Under the pieces are notes generated by a model. It was not told the origin of the DNA and did no database searches. It saw only the letters and a program-made list of their open reading frames with translations. The translations under genes and the position numbers were made by a program. From the NCBI GenBank assembly GCA_037440005.1, contig JBBIUY010000006.1:1-64000 (forward strand): a stretch of 64,000 bases of DNA. The letters run 5' to 3'. The stretch comes from Armatimonadota bacterium. Lineage in GTDB: Bacteria; Sysuimicrobiota; Sysuimicrobiia; Sysuimicrobiales; Kaftiobacteriaceae. Shown in pieces: positions 1 through 9,218 of this stretch (the first letter of the stretch is position 1; each line of letters begins with the position of its first letter).

Positions 1-154
1 TTCCTTGGGGGAGGCTCCCAAGTGCAAACACTACATCCAAACAGGACACCCTAGGATCCCGCCAGGCGTCCCGGACAGGCTCCGCCGGACGCTTTGCCGG
101 GCGCACCCAGTGGAGTATCCTGGAAGCGGATTCCGGTCCGCCGGTGCGACGTCG

Positions 155-748
155 GTGTATCCCGAACCTCTGGCCCGTCTGATCGACGAGCTGTCCCGGA
201 TGCCCACGGTGGGGCCCAAGACCGCCCAGCGCCTGGCCTTCCACATTCTCCGCATGCCCGCCGAGGACGCCAGCCGCCTGGCCCAGGCGATCCTGGACGC
301 CAGGGCGCAGATCCGCTACTGCAGCACCTGCTTCCACATCACCGACACCGACCCGTGCGCCATCTGCTCCAACCCCGCGCGCGTCCGCAGCGTGATCTGC
401 GTGGTGGAGGACCCCCGGGACGTGCTGGCCATGGAGCGCACCCGGGAGTACCGGGGCCTGTACCACGTCCTCCACGGCGCCATCTCCCCCCTGGACGGGG
501 TGGGGCCTGACGACCTGAAGATCGCCGAGCTGCTCCGGCGGGTGCAGGGCGGGGAGGTCCGAGAGGTGATCGTCGCCACCAATCCCCGGGTGGAGGGCGA
601 GGCCACCGCTCTGTACCTGGCCCGGATCCTCAAGCCTCTGGGCGTCCGGGTCACGCGCATCGCCCACGGGCTCCCGGTGGGCGCCGACCTGGAGTACGCC
701 GACGAGGTGACCCTGGCCAAGGCCCTCGAGGGACGGCGGGAGATGTAG
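155..748 (+). CDS. recR: Recombination mediator RecR
   Basis: [30 protein letters not shown]hH start, C4 zinc finger (CSTC..CAIC), Toprim [15 protein letters not shown] at 155 chosen instead of the ORF-track start at 5. Confidence 0.95.
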   Translation: MYPEPLARLIDELSRMPTVGPKTAQRLAFHILRMPAEDASRLAQAILDARAQIRYCSTCFHITDTDPCAICSNPARVRSVICVVEDPRDVLAMERTREYRGLYHVLHGAISPLDGVGPDDLKIAELLRRVQGGEVREVIVATNPRVEGEATALYLARILKPLGVRVTRIAHGLPVGADLEYADEVTLAKALEGRREM

Positions 749-770
749 GGCCCGCGTGTAGCCTCCCGCC

Positions 771-1982
771 GTGCCGCCGCGGTTTGCCGCCGTCCGCTCC
801 CGGAACTTCCGCCTCCTGTGGCTGGGGTTGCTGGTCTCCCACACCGGGACCTGGATGGCCAGCGTGGGGGTCGGCTGGATCGTGTACACCCTCACGGGGT
901 CGCCCCTGTACCTGGGCCTGAACAGCCTGGCGTTCGCCGTGCCCATGCTGGTCCTGCCGGTGGTCGGCGGCGTGGTGGCCGACCGGGTGCCCCGGGTCCG
1001 GCTCATGATGTTCTGCCAGGCGGGGATGATGGCCGGGGCGGCGACCCTGGCCGTGCTGGCCCACACCGGCCACCTGGCGGTGGGGGTGATCATCGCGCTG
1101 AACTTCCTCGAGGGGGTCTTTCTGGCGTTTGAGAATCCCACGCGTCAGGCCCTGATCCCCGACCTGGTGCCCCCCGGCGCCCTCATGAGCGCCGTCTCCC
1201 TCGCCGGCGCCTCCTACCAGAGCGCCGCCTTCCTGGGCCCCGCTCTGGCCGGGCTGATCCTCGGCGCCGTGGGCAACGACCGGGTGTACCTGCTGTTCTA
1301 CCTGAACGGCCTGTCCTTCGGGGCCGTCCTGCTGTCGCTGGCGCTGCTGCGGGACGTCCCCCAGCGCCGGGCGGCGGGTGGGGGCGGGGTGTGGCACCAC
1401 CTGCGGGAGGGGCTGCAGTACGCGTGGGAGACGCCGGTGACCCGGTCGTTGATCGGCCTGGCCCTGGTGGTGAGCGTCTTCGGCCGGTCCTACGTGGCGC
1501 TGCTGCCGGTGTTCGCCCGGGATATCCTGGCGGTGGGCGCCCGGGGGCTGGGGTTCCTGCTGGCGGCGCCCGGGGCGGGGACGGTCGTGGGGTCGCTGAT
1601 CCTGGCCGCCCGGGGAGAGGTCCGCCACCGGGGGCGTTACTACGTGCTGGCCAACCTGGGCTTCGCCGCCTGCCTGGCGGCGTTTGTCCTGTCCCGCCGG
1701 TTCGGACCGGCGCTGGCGTTGCTGTTCGCGGGCGGGGGCCTGGCCGCCACCGCCGGGACGACCCTGGTGACCATGCTGCAGGAGCGCACCCCTCCCTACC
1801 TGCGCGGCCGCGTGCTGAGCCTGGTCACCATGGCCTTCATCGGCGCCCCGTCCCTGGGCGGACTGGCGGTGGGGGCCGCCGCCACCGCCGTCGGCACGCC
1901 GACAGCACTGCTGGCGGCCGCCGCGGTGGTGGCGACTGCGGTGACCGTCGCCGGGGCACGCACGGTGATGAAGGAGCGTTAG
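771..1982 (+). CDS. MFS transporter (DHA3/EntS-like)
   Basis: About 12 hydrophobic segments, RNFRLLWLG N-terminus, GGVVADRVPR motif A, PPYLRGRVLS. Confidence 0.9.
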   Translation: MPPRFAAVRSRNFRLLWLGLLVSHTGTWMASVGVGWIVYTLTGSPLYLGLNSLAFAVPMLVLPVVGGVVADRVPRVRLMMFCQAGMMAGAATLAVLAHTGHLAVGVIIALNFLEGVFLAFENPTRQALIPDLVPPGALMSAVSLAGASYQSAAFLGPALAGLILGAVGNDRVYLLFYLNGLSFGAVLLSLALLRDVPQRRAAGGGGVWHHLREGLQYAWETPVTRSLIGLALVVSVFGRSYVALLPVFARDILAVGARGLGFLLAAPGAGTVVGSLILAARGEVRHRGRYYVLANLGFAACLAAFVLSRRFGPALALLFAGGGLAATAGTTLVTMLQERTPPYLRGRVLSLVTMAFIGAPSLGGLAVGAAATAVGTPTALLAAAAVVATAVTVAGARTVMKER

Positions 1983-2059
1983 GCTAGCGGTGATCCCGTG
2001 CCGGCGGCCGGTTGCGGCCCCGCCGACGGCTTTCGTATACTGGGCGTGAGGCGTCCGGC

Positions 2060-2530
2060 ATGGATTTCTACAGTCCCACCTACGGCAGGCTGACCTTCCG
2101 CCAGATGTTCAACCGGCTGGTGGACTTCATCAGCGAGGACCCCGACCAGCGGTATCACCTCATCGTCGGCACCGACTCCCTGCTGGGCGACCGGACCTGC
2201 TTCGTGACGGCCATCATCATCCACCGGGTGGGCCGCGGCGGCCGGTACTTCTACCGGAAGACCTACCAGCGCAAGATGGAGAGCCTGCGCCAGCGCATCC
2301 TGGTGGAGACCTCCCTCAGCCTGGAGACCGCCGGCCTGCTCAGCGCCGAGCTGGCGCGCAACGGCCACTCGGAGCTGCCGGTGGAGATCCACCTGGACGT
2401 GGGGCCCAACGGCGACACCAAGCGGATCATCCGCGAGGTGGTGGGCATGGTGAACGGCTCCGGCTACCTGGCCGTCACCAAGCCCGACGCCTACGGCGCC
2501 ACCAAGGTGGCCGACAAGCATTCGAAGTAG
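2060..2530 (+). CDS. YkuK/DUF458 family RNase H-like protein
   Basis: LIVGTDS, FVTAIIIHRVGRGG, EIHLDVG, KPDAYGATKVAD motifs. ATG 2060; TATACT at 2036-2041. Confidence 0.85.
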   Translation: MDFYSPTYGRLTFRQMFNRLVDFISEDPDQRYHLIVGTDSLLGDRTCFVTAIIIHRVGRGGRYFYRKTYQRKMESLRQRILVETSLSLETAGLLSAELARNGHSELPVEIHLDVGPNGDTKRIIREVVGMVNGSGYLAVTKPDAYGATKVADKHSK

Positions 2531-2551
2531 CCCCCTTACCCTACTGACTGC

Positions 2552-2746
2552 GTTGAAGGCTGGAGGGTGAAGGTTGAATCCCCCTCACCCTGACCCTCTC
2601 CCCCGGGGGGAGAGGGAAGGTGGCGCGTTTCCGCCCCGGGCTGCGTTGAAGGTTGGAGGTCGGACGTTGAAGGTTGAAGGTAACTTCCACGGGAGGGCGG
2701 TCGGGCGGTCGCGCAGTCTGGCGGTCGGGCGATCGCGCGGGCGCGC
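2552..2746. repeat. Mosaic intergenic repeat copy 1: GTTGAAG heptamers, REP-like hairpin, second heptamer run, GGCGGTCG octamers
   Basis: CCCCTCACCCTGACCCTCTCCCCCGGGGGGAGAGGGAAGGTG at about 2580-2622, flanked by tandem repeats; lies between convergent genes. Confidence 0.85.
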
Positions 2747-2751
2747 TTCCG

Positions 2752-4272
2752 TCAGTTCCTCGTTTCAGGCTGCCACCCGTACACGGGGAGGATGTCCACC
2801 GGCGCGTAGTCGTCGGTGAGGACCGGGACGTCGGCCGTGGGCACCGGCCGGTCGTAGAAGTCCCGCAGGACCGAGCGGGTCACCAGCTCGGAGATGGCCC
2901 GCCGGCGCAGCAGCGACTCCAGCCGGGCGGCCAGGGCCGGCGCCGTCAGGCCCGGCGTGTCGGTGGCAAACAGCAGGATGGTCCGGGTCGTCTCCTCCTC
3001 CCGCCCGGCCGCAAACCCCACCGCGAACACGTACAGGCCCGCAAACTCGGCCGCGTAGGTGCGGTAGACGGCCCGGAACAGCGCGCTGTTGGACCCGCCC
3101 AGGGCCCCGACCACGTTGGCGGCGACGACGCCCCCCGGAGCCAGGCGCGCACGGGCCTGGCGGAGAAACTCCCGGGTCACCAGGTGAAACGGGATGCCTT
3201 CGGCAAAGTAGGCGTCCATCAGGATGAGGTCGTAGGCGTCCTGGCTGCGGCGGATGTACTGGCGGCCGTCCTGCACCACGACCCGGTGGCGGGGGTCGTC
3301 GCGCACGGCGAAGTACTCCCGGGCCACCTCCACCACCGCCGGGTCCAGCTCCACCGAGTCCACCCGCACGGCGGGGTAGTCCCGCAAAAAGCGCTTGGGC
3401 ACCGAGCCCGCGCCCAGCCCTACCACCAGCACCCGCCGCAGGGCCGGCTGGAACAGCCAGGCCAGGTGCACGTAGTCGGTGTACCGCAGAGGGCTGACGG
3501 TGGGGTCCCGCAGCCACATGCCTCCCTGCAGGGACCGGTTGAAGCGCAGGTAGCGCCACTCGCCCTCCTCGTGCACCAGGATGCGGTGGTACAGGCTGTC
3601 CTTCTGGAACAGGACGCGGCCGGGCACGGCCTGCGCCTGCGCGTTCCCGACGCCCAGCAGCAGGACCACCGCCGCCGCGGTGACCGGCCGGGCCGCCCGG
3701 ACGGCCTGGGCCCCCAGCAGCGCCGCGAAGGCCACCAGGCTGCCTCCCAGGGTATACAGGATAGCCCGCACCCCCATGGCGGGGATCAGGACGAAAGCCG
3801 TCAGCAGGGTGCCGGCGATGCTGCCGGCGGTGGAGATGGCGTACAGCAGCCCGGCGGTGTTGCCCACGGTGGCCAGGTCGGTGGCCGCCAGCTTCACCGC
3901 GAACGGCGAGGTGGTCCCCAGCAGCAGGCTGGGCAGGACGAACAGGACCACCGACGCCAGCAGAGGACTGGCCCGGGGGCCCAGGTCCCAGGCCGCAAAC
4001 GCGTCGAGGATCGGGCGGGAGACGACCGGCAGCAGCAGGATCAGCACCCCCGCTCCCAGCAGCGCCGCCGCCAGCGCTCCCGGCCGCGGCCACCGGTCGG
4101 CGGCCCGCCCGCCCAGGTAGTAGCCGGCGCTGAGGGCGGCCAGAAAGATGCTGATCAGGCTGCCCCACACGTACACCGAACTGCCGAAGTACGGGGCCAG
4201 GACCCGGCTGCCGACGATCTCCAGCCCCATCAGCACCGCGCCGGCGCCAAAGACCACGACCCGGAGGATCAC
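2752..4272 (-). CDS. Fused membrane domain / spermidine synthase-like SAM-dependent protein
   Basis: N-terminal TM region (GLEIVGSRVLAPYFGSSVYVW), C-terminal VLVVGLGAGS, VELDPAVV, LTDDYAPV. GTG 4272 with AGGGAGGG RBS. Confidence 0.9.
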   Translation of the reverse strand: MILRVVVFGAGAVLMGLEIVGSRVLAPYFGSSVYVWGSLISIFLAALSAGYYLGGRAADRWPRPGALAAALLGAGVLILLLPVVSRPILDAFAAWDLGPRASPLLASVVLFVLPSLLLGTTSPFAVKLAATDLATVGNTAGLLYAISTAGSIAGTLLTAFVLIPAMGVRAILYTLGGSLVAFAALLGAQAVRAARPVTAAAVVLLLGVGNAQAQAVPGRVLFQKDSLYHRILVHEEGEWRYLRFNRSLQGGMWLRDPTVSPLRYTDYVHLAWLFQPALRRVLVVGLGAGSVPKRFLRDYPAVRVDSVELDPAVVEVAREYFAVRDDPRHRVVVQDGRQYIRRSQDAYDLILMDAYFAEGIPFHLVTREFLRQARARLAPGGVVAANVVGALGGSNSALFRAVYRTYAAEFAGLYVFAVGFAAGREEETTRTILLFATDTPGLTAPALAARLESLLRRRAISELVTRSVLRDFYDRPVPTADVPVLTDDYAPVDILPVYGWQPETRN

Positions 4273-4325
4273 GTCGCCCTCCCTGGACCTCAGACTGGAG
4301 GAGCGGAGGTCCGAAGCCGCCCGGC

Positions 4326-5627
4326 TCAGCCGGACCGCGGCCTCCCGCCCCCGGACCTCGGCGGTGCGATCACCCGCATCCCGTTCATGTACGGGACCAG
4401 CGCGTCGGGCACCCGCACGGTGCCGTCCGCCTGCTGGTAGTTCTCCAGCACCGCGATCAGCGCCCGGCTGGTGGCCACCAGGGTGCCGTTGAGGGTGTGG
4501 GCGTAGGTCGTGCCCCCACCGCGGCGGCGCACCCGGATCCCCAGGCGCCGGGCCTGGAAGTCGGTGCAGTTGCTGCAGGAGTGGGTCTCCCCGTACCCGC
4601 CGCGGCCGGGCATCCACGTCTCCACGTCGTAGGTCTTGGCCGAGGGCGCCCCCGTGTCCCCCGCGCAGAGCGCCACCACCCGGTAGGGAAGCTCCAGCCG
4701 CTGCAGGAACCGCTCCTCCAGCGAGACAAGGTACTCGTGTTCGTCCCAGGACTGCTCGGGAGTGGTGAACGAGAACATCTCCAGTTTGTCGAACTGGTGC
4801 ACGCGGTACATCCCCCGCACGTCCCGGCCGTAGCTGCCGGCCTCCCGCCGGAAGCACCACGACACGCCCGCCACCCGCAGGGGGAGGGAGGCCTCGTCCA
4901 GGGTTTCCTCGGCGTACATGCCGGCCACGCTCTGCTCGGAGGTACCGATCAGCACCAGGTCCTCGCCCTCGATGCGGTAGATCTGCTGGGTGTCCAGCTC
5001 CGCCCCCCCGTAAGCCCCCAAGAGGATGTCGGGTCGGATGAGGAAGGGAGTGATCACCGGCTCAAAACCTTCCTCCAGGAGCAGGTCCAGCCCCAGGCGC
5101 ATCAGGGCCTGCTCCAGCAGTACCCCGGCGCCCCGCAGGTAGTAAAAGCGCGATCCGGCCACCTTGGCGCCCCGCTCCAGGTCCAGGATGCCCAACCGCG
5201 CGCCCAGGGCCACGTGGTCCAGCGGGGAGAAGTCAAACCGCGGGGGAGAGCCCCAGGTGCGCACCACCACGTTGTCGGAGGAGTCCCGGCCCGGAGGCAC
5301 GCTGTCGTGGGGCAGGTTCGGCAGCGCCAGAAGGGCCCGCCGCAGGTCCTCTTCCGCCGCCCGCAGGTCCGGCTCCAGGCTGCGCAGGCGGTCCGCCGTC
5401 TGGCGCAGGTCGGCGATGCGCCGCTCCCGCTCCGCCCCCGACAGCCGGGCGACCTCCGCCGACGCGCGCCGGTGCTCCGCCCGCAGCCGCTCCACCTCGA
5501 CCAGCAGGGCCCGGCGGCGGGCGTCGGCGGCCAGAACCCGGTCCACCAGGGCCGGATCCTGGTGCTTTTTGCGGACGCCCTCCCGCACCAGGTCGGGGTT
5601 GTCGCGGACGAGCTTCAGGTCCAGCAT
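4326..5627 (-). CDS. serS: Serine--tRNA ligase
   Basis: MLDLKLVRDNPD start, coiled-coil arm, FRREAGSYG, VHQFDKLE, HTLNGT. Confidence 0.96.
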   Translation of the reverse strand: MLDLKLVRDNPDLVREGVRKKHQDPALVDRVLAADARRRALLVEVERLRAEHRRASAEVARLSGAERERRIADLRQTADRLRSLEPDLRAAEEDLRRALLALPNLPHDSVPPGRDSSDNVVVRTWGSPPRFDFSPLDHVALGARLGILDLERGAKVAGSRFYYLRGAGVLLEQALMRLGLDLLLEEGFEPVITPFLIRPDILLGAYGGAELDTQQIYRIEGEDLVLIGTSEQSVAGMYAEETLDEASLPLRVAGVSWCFRREAGSYGRDVRGMYRVHQFDKLEMFSFTTPEQSWDEHEYLVSLEERFLQRLELPYRVVALCAGDTGAPSAKTYDVETWMPGRGGYGETHSCSNCTDFQARRLGIRVRRRGGGTTYAHTLNGTLVATSRALIAVLENYQQADGTVRVPDALVPYMNGMRVIAPPRSGGGRPRSG

Positions 5628-5713
5628 CGGCACCGGTCCCGCCCCTTCCGGCGGGACGCCACACCTCTTCCTCCTGTTCTTCCTCCTGTCGGTCGCCGGT
5701 CCCTGGCGGGGAC

Positions 5714-6133
5714 TTACACGTCGAAGATGACCCGGGCCTGCCACAGGCCGTCCTGGCGGATCTCCAGCTGGTGGTAGGTCGCGGCCTTCACGTCCAGGCG
5801 GAAGCGGTGCCGCCGGGGGTCCACCGGCTCCCCCCACACGTCGGCCTCCAGCCGGCCCGGGGAGACTTCCCGGACTTCGCACGACGCCGGCACGAACCCG
5901 TCGGCGTTGAGCAGGACCAGCAGCTCGTTGAGCCACGCCACCAGCAGCCCCGGCAGGTCCTCGGCCTCCACGGTCACCCGCCGGCGCTCCCGAGGCCGGA
6001 CGGTGTCGGGGGCGACGAGGAACGACAGCATCCCCGCCGCCGCGTGGGCGAACAGTTCCTCCAGGGTGCGGCCGCGGGCCAGGATCCCCACGTCGGCGGT
6101 GTGGTCGATGACCTCAAAGGGCTCCCCCTCCAT
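5714..6133 (-). CDS. Archease
   Basis: DHTADVG N-terminus and DVKAATYH...VIFDV C-terminus. Confidence 0.93.
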   Translation of the reverse strand: MEGEPFEVIDHTADVGILARGRTLEELFAHAAAGMLSFLVAPDTVRPRERRRVTVEAEDLPGLLVAWLNELLVLLNADGFVPASCEVREVSPGRLEADVWGEPVDPRRHRFRLDVKAATYHQLEIRQDGLWQARVIFDV

Positions 6134-6149
6134 CCCGTCCCTCCGGCGG

Positions 6150-7049
6150 TCAGGCGCCGGCGGGAGCCGCCACGGTCTCCCGCAGGATCTCCACGAAGAC
6201 CGTCGCCGCCTGGGACAGGCGCTTGTCCCGGTGGCGCACCACCACCAGGCGGCGGCGGATAACCAGGTCCGCCAGCGGCACCGCCGCCAGCCTCCCCGCC
6301 GCCAGGTCGGCGGCCACCGCGAACCGCGAGAGGATGGCGGCGCCCGCGCCGGCGGCGACGGCCTCTTTGATGGCCTCGGTGCTGGCCAGCTCCATGTGGA
6401 CGGGGACCTGGATCCCGGCCTCCCGGAAGGCGGCCTCCACCGCTTCCCGGGTGCCCGAGCCCCGCTCCCGGAGGATCAGCCGGTGGTCCCGCAGGCTCCG
6501 GGGGTGGGCGATCCCCGAGGCGACCAGCGGGTGGGCGGGGTGGGCGACCAGCACCAGCTCGTCGTCCACCAGGGGCTCGGCCACCAGGTCGGAGGACAGG
6601 GAGTCCGCCCCCATCACGCCCAGGTCCAGCTCGTTGCGGGCCAGCTTCTCCTGAATCCGGCGGGCAGCGCCGATCTCCAGGGTCACCACCACCTGCGGGC
6701 AGCGCTCCTGGTACCGGCCCAGCGCCCGCGGCAGGATATAGGTCCCCGGCGTCGTGGTGGCTCCCAGAGCCAGCCGGCCCCGGCGCATCCCCTTCACCTC
6801 GTCCAGGGCCGCCCGCGCCTCGTCGGCCAGGCTCAGCAGGCGCCGGGCGTAGTCCTCCAGGACCCGCCCCGCCTCGGTGAGGTAGATGCGCCGCCCCAGC
6901 TGCTCGAACAGCTCCACGCCCAACGAGCGCTCCAGGTCGGCCACCTGGATGCTGACCGACGGCTGGCTGATGCGCAGCTCCTCCGCGGCGCGGGAGAAGC
7001 TGCCCAGCCGGGCCACCGTGTAGAAGATCCGCAGCTGGTGCAGGTTCAC
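6150..7049 (-). CDS. LysR family transcriptional regulator (CysL-like)
   Basis: SFSRAAEELRISQPSVS HTH; RERGSGTR in the substrate-binding domain. Confidence 0.93.
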   Translation of the reverse strand: MNLHQLRIFYTVARLGSFSRAAEELRISQPSVSIQVADLERSLGVELFEQLGRRIYLTEAGRVLEDYARRLLSLADEARAALDEVKGMRRGRLALGATTTPGTYILPRALGRYQERCPQVVVTLEIGAARRIQEKLARNELDLGVMGADSLSSDLVAEPLVDDELVLVAHPAHPLVASGIAHPRSLRDHRLILRERGSGTREAVEAAFREAGIQVPVHMELASTEAIKEAVAAGAGAAILSRFAVAADLAAGRLAAVPLADLVIRRRLVVVRHRDKRLSQAATVFVEILRETVAAPAGA

Positions 7050-7125
7050 GGGATCTCCTCGGCGTCAGACCGTCCCGGGCCACCGCCGCGGCCGCGCCCG
7101 GCCGCCGGGCCCGTTCCGCCCTCCA

Positions 7126-7134
7126 TGGTACAAT
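7126..7134 (+). promoter_or_regulatory. Extended -10 promoter element for selD
   Basis: TGGTACAAT (TGn-TACAAT) about 50 nt upstream of the start codon. Confidence 0.55.
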
Positions 7135-7184
7135 AGCCCCGCACCGCTGGTCCGCGGGAGTCCTCCCGGGAAGGAGGTGACGGC

Positions 7185-8231
7185 GTGACCGAGCGCGAGC
7201 GCATCCGGCTCACCACCATGGTCGCCTGCGCCGGGTGAGCGTCCAAACTGGGTCCTGAGGACCTGGCGCAGGTCCTGCGCCAGCTTCCCCCAGTCCACGA
7301 CCCCGACCTCCTGGTGGGGACGTCCACGGCGGACGACGCGGCCGTGTACCGGCTGACGGCCGACCTGGCGGTGGTGCACACCGTGGATGTGTTCACCCCC
7401 GTGGTGGACGACCCGTACCACTACGGGGCCATCTCGGCCGCCAACGCCCTCTCGGACGTCTACGCCATGGGCGGCCGCCCGGTGCTGGCCCTGAACATCG
7501 TGGGCTTCCCCCGCGGCCGCCTGCCCCTGTGGGTGCTGCACGAGATCCTGCGGGGAGGCGCCAGCAAGGCCGCCGAAGCGGGCGTCCTCATCGCCGGCGG
7601 GCACTCCATCGACGACCCGGAGCCGAAGTACGGCCTGGCGGTCCTGGGACTGGTGCGCCCCGACGCCGTGGTGCGCAACGTGGGCGCCCAGCCCGCAGAC
7701 CAGCTGGTCCTGACCAAGCCGCTGGGCATCGGCGTGATCACCACCGGCATCAAGCAGGACAGGACGCCTCCTCCCGCCGCCGCGGAGGCCATCGCGGTGA
7801 TGGAAGCCCTCAACCGCCCCGCCGCCGAGGCGATGACCGCCGTTGGGGTCCACGCCGCCACCGATGTCACCGGCTACGGCCTGCTGGGCCACCTGTACGA
7901 GATGACCTCCTCCAGCCGGGTCCGCGCCCGGGTGTGGTACGACCGCGTCCCCGTCCTGGAGGCCGCCCGCAGCCTCGTCCGCGAGGGAGCGGTCGCCGGA
8001 GGGACGGTGCGCAACTACGAATACCTCCGGACCCGGGTGGAGTTCGGGGGGCTGGAGGAGCCCGACCGGATCCTGCTGTGCGACGCCCAGACCTCGGGCG
8101 GCCTGCTGATGGCGGTCCCGCGGGAGCGACTGGACGCGTTGCTCCAGGCCCTGCAGGAGCGGGGCGTCCGGGGAGCCCACATCGGCGAGATCACCGGTCC
8201 CGGCGACGGCTTCATCGAGGTGGTCGCCTGA
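7185..8231 (+). CDS. selD: Selenide, water dikinase SelD, selenoprotein (UGA=Sec at 7236-7238)
   Basis: GTG 7185 after AAGGAGGT RBS; reads IRLTTMVACAG-TGA-ASKLGPEDL in frame with the 7314..8231 ORF (DDAAVY, AANALSDVYAMGG, TDVTGYGLLGH, DAQTSGGLL). Confidence 0.93.
7258..7276 (+). promoter_or_regulatory. Candidate bacterial SECIS hairpin
   Basis: Perfect 8-bp stem AGGACCTG-gcg-CAGGTCCT starting 20 nt after the UGA, with G first in the loop. Confidence 0.65.
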
Positions 8232-8242
8232 CCGGTGACGGC

Positions 8243-8396
8243 GTTGGAGGTTGAAGGTTGAAGGTTGGAGGTTGAAGGTGAATTGCTCCCGTCACCCTGT
8301 CCTCTCCCCCCTTGATGGGGGGAGAGGGAAGGTGGCTGGGGCGTCGCGGGAGTTGCGCGGGGGTTGCCGCGATCCCGCGTGCCCGCGTTCCCGCGC
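8243..8396. repeat. Mosaic repeat copy 2: GTTG(A/G)AG heptamers, REP-like hairpin, CCCGCGT(G/T) octamers
   Basis: Five heptamers, then CCCGTCACCCTGTCCTCTCCCCCC-ttgat-GGGGGGAGAGGGAAGGTG at about 8288-8334. Confidence 0.85.
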
Positions 8397-9218
8397 ATAG
8401 TAATACAGATGCTGCTGCGCGTAGCCGGCCAGCGGGCCGAACCGGTCCCGGGCCCACCGCCGGATGGCGCTGTCGGTCACGCGCCGGCCGCCCAGGTACC
8501 ACCGGGTGACCGCCCGCCGGACCCACACGTCCACCGGGAACGTCTGCCCCTTCCCGAGCCCGAACAGCAGGACGCAGTCCGCCACCTTCTCGCCCACGCC
8601 CGGCAGATCCAGCAACGCCCGCCGGGCCTGGGGGTAGTCGAGCCCGCCCAGCGCCCCCAGGTCCACCCGCCCGGAGGCCACCAGACGCGCCAGGGCGCGC
8701 ACGTATCCTGCGCGGTAGCCCAGAGCGCACCGGCGCAGCACCCGCGCCGGCAGGGCGGCCACCGCCGCCGCAGACGGCACCCGCCCCCCGTCCGACCCGG
8801 CCGCCTGCCGCAGGCGCCGGAGAGACAGCTCCACCTTGGGGATGTTGTTGAACGCCGAGATGACGAAGGCCAGCAGGCACTCCCAGGGGTCCTGGCGCAG
8901 CAGCGCGATGCCACTGGTGTGGGGCAGGATGCGGCGCAGAACGGGGTCTTCCCGCAGCCGGTCCTCCACGGCAGCCAGGGGAGCGTCCAGGGCCAGGTAG
9001 CGCTTCAGGGCCCTCAGGTCGGCGGCCGCGGCCAACCCCCGGACGTGGATGCCGTCGGGGCGTTGTTCGAGGTACACCCACCGGCCGGCAAACAGCCCCG
9101 TCACCCCGCCGCCGTCGGGCGTCCAGCCGAACGCCTGCCCGCAGGTCAGCGTCCGCAGCAGGTGGTACGGAGGGCGGACCGACAGGACCGCAGCCGGACC
9201 GGCGGTCACCGGGGACAT
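8292..9218 (-). CDS. 8-oxoguanine DNA glycosylase (OGG1-like, HhH-GPD)
   Basis: TLTCGQAFGW, QDPWECLLAFVISAFNNI, LPGVGEKVADC with catalytic Lys, FPVDVWV, AGYAQQ. Confidence 0.9.
   Translation of the reverse strand: MSPVTAGPAAVLSVRPPYHLLRTLTCGQAFGWTPDGGGVTGLFAGRWVYLEQRPDGIHVRGLAAAADLRALKRYLALDAPLAAVEDRLREDPVLRRILPHTSGIALLRQDPWECLLAFVISAFNNIPKVELSLRRLRQAAGSDGGRVPSAAAVAALPARVLRRCALGYRAGYVRALARLVASGRVDLGALGGLDYPQARRALLDLPGVGEKVADCVLLFGLGKGQTFPVDVWVRRAVTRWYLGGRRVTDSAIRRWARDRFGPLAGYAQQHLYYYARERGHAGSRQPPRNSRDAPATFPLPPSRGERTG

Noticed and set aside
5..154. N-terminal extension of RecR
   Set aside because: RecR homology begins at GTG 155; the extension has no family features.
2552..2746. Possible CRISPR array
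   Set aside because: Units are 7-8 bp tandem repeats with no unique spacers, and no cas genes are present.
5628..5713. T-box before serS
   Set aside because: Too short, no GGTGGNACCGCG; only a short TCTTCCTCCTG duplication.
7236..7238. selD as a nonsense pseudogene
   Set aside because: The stop falls exactly at the Cys/Sec position and is followed by a SECIS-like hairpin.
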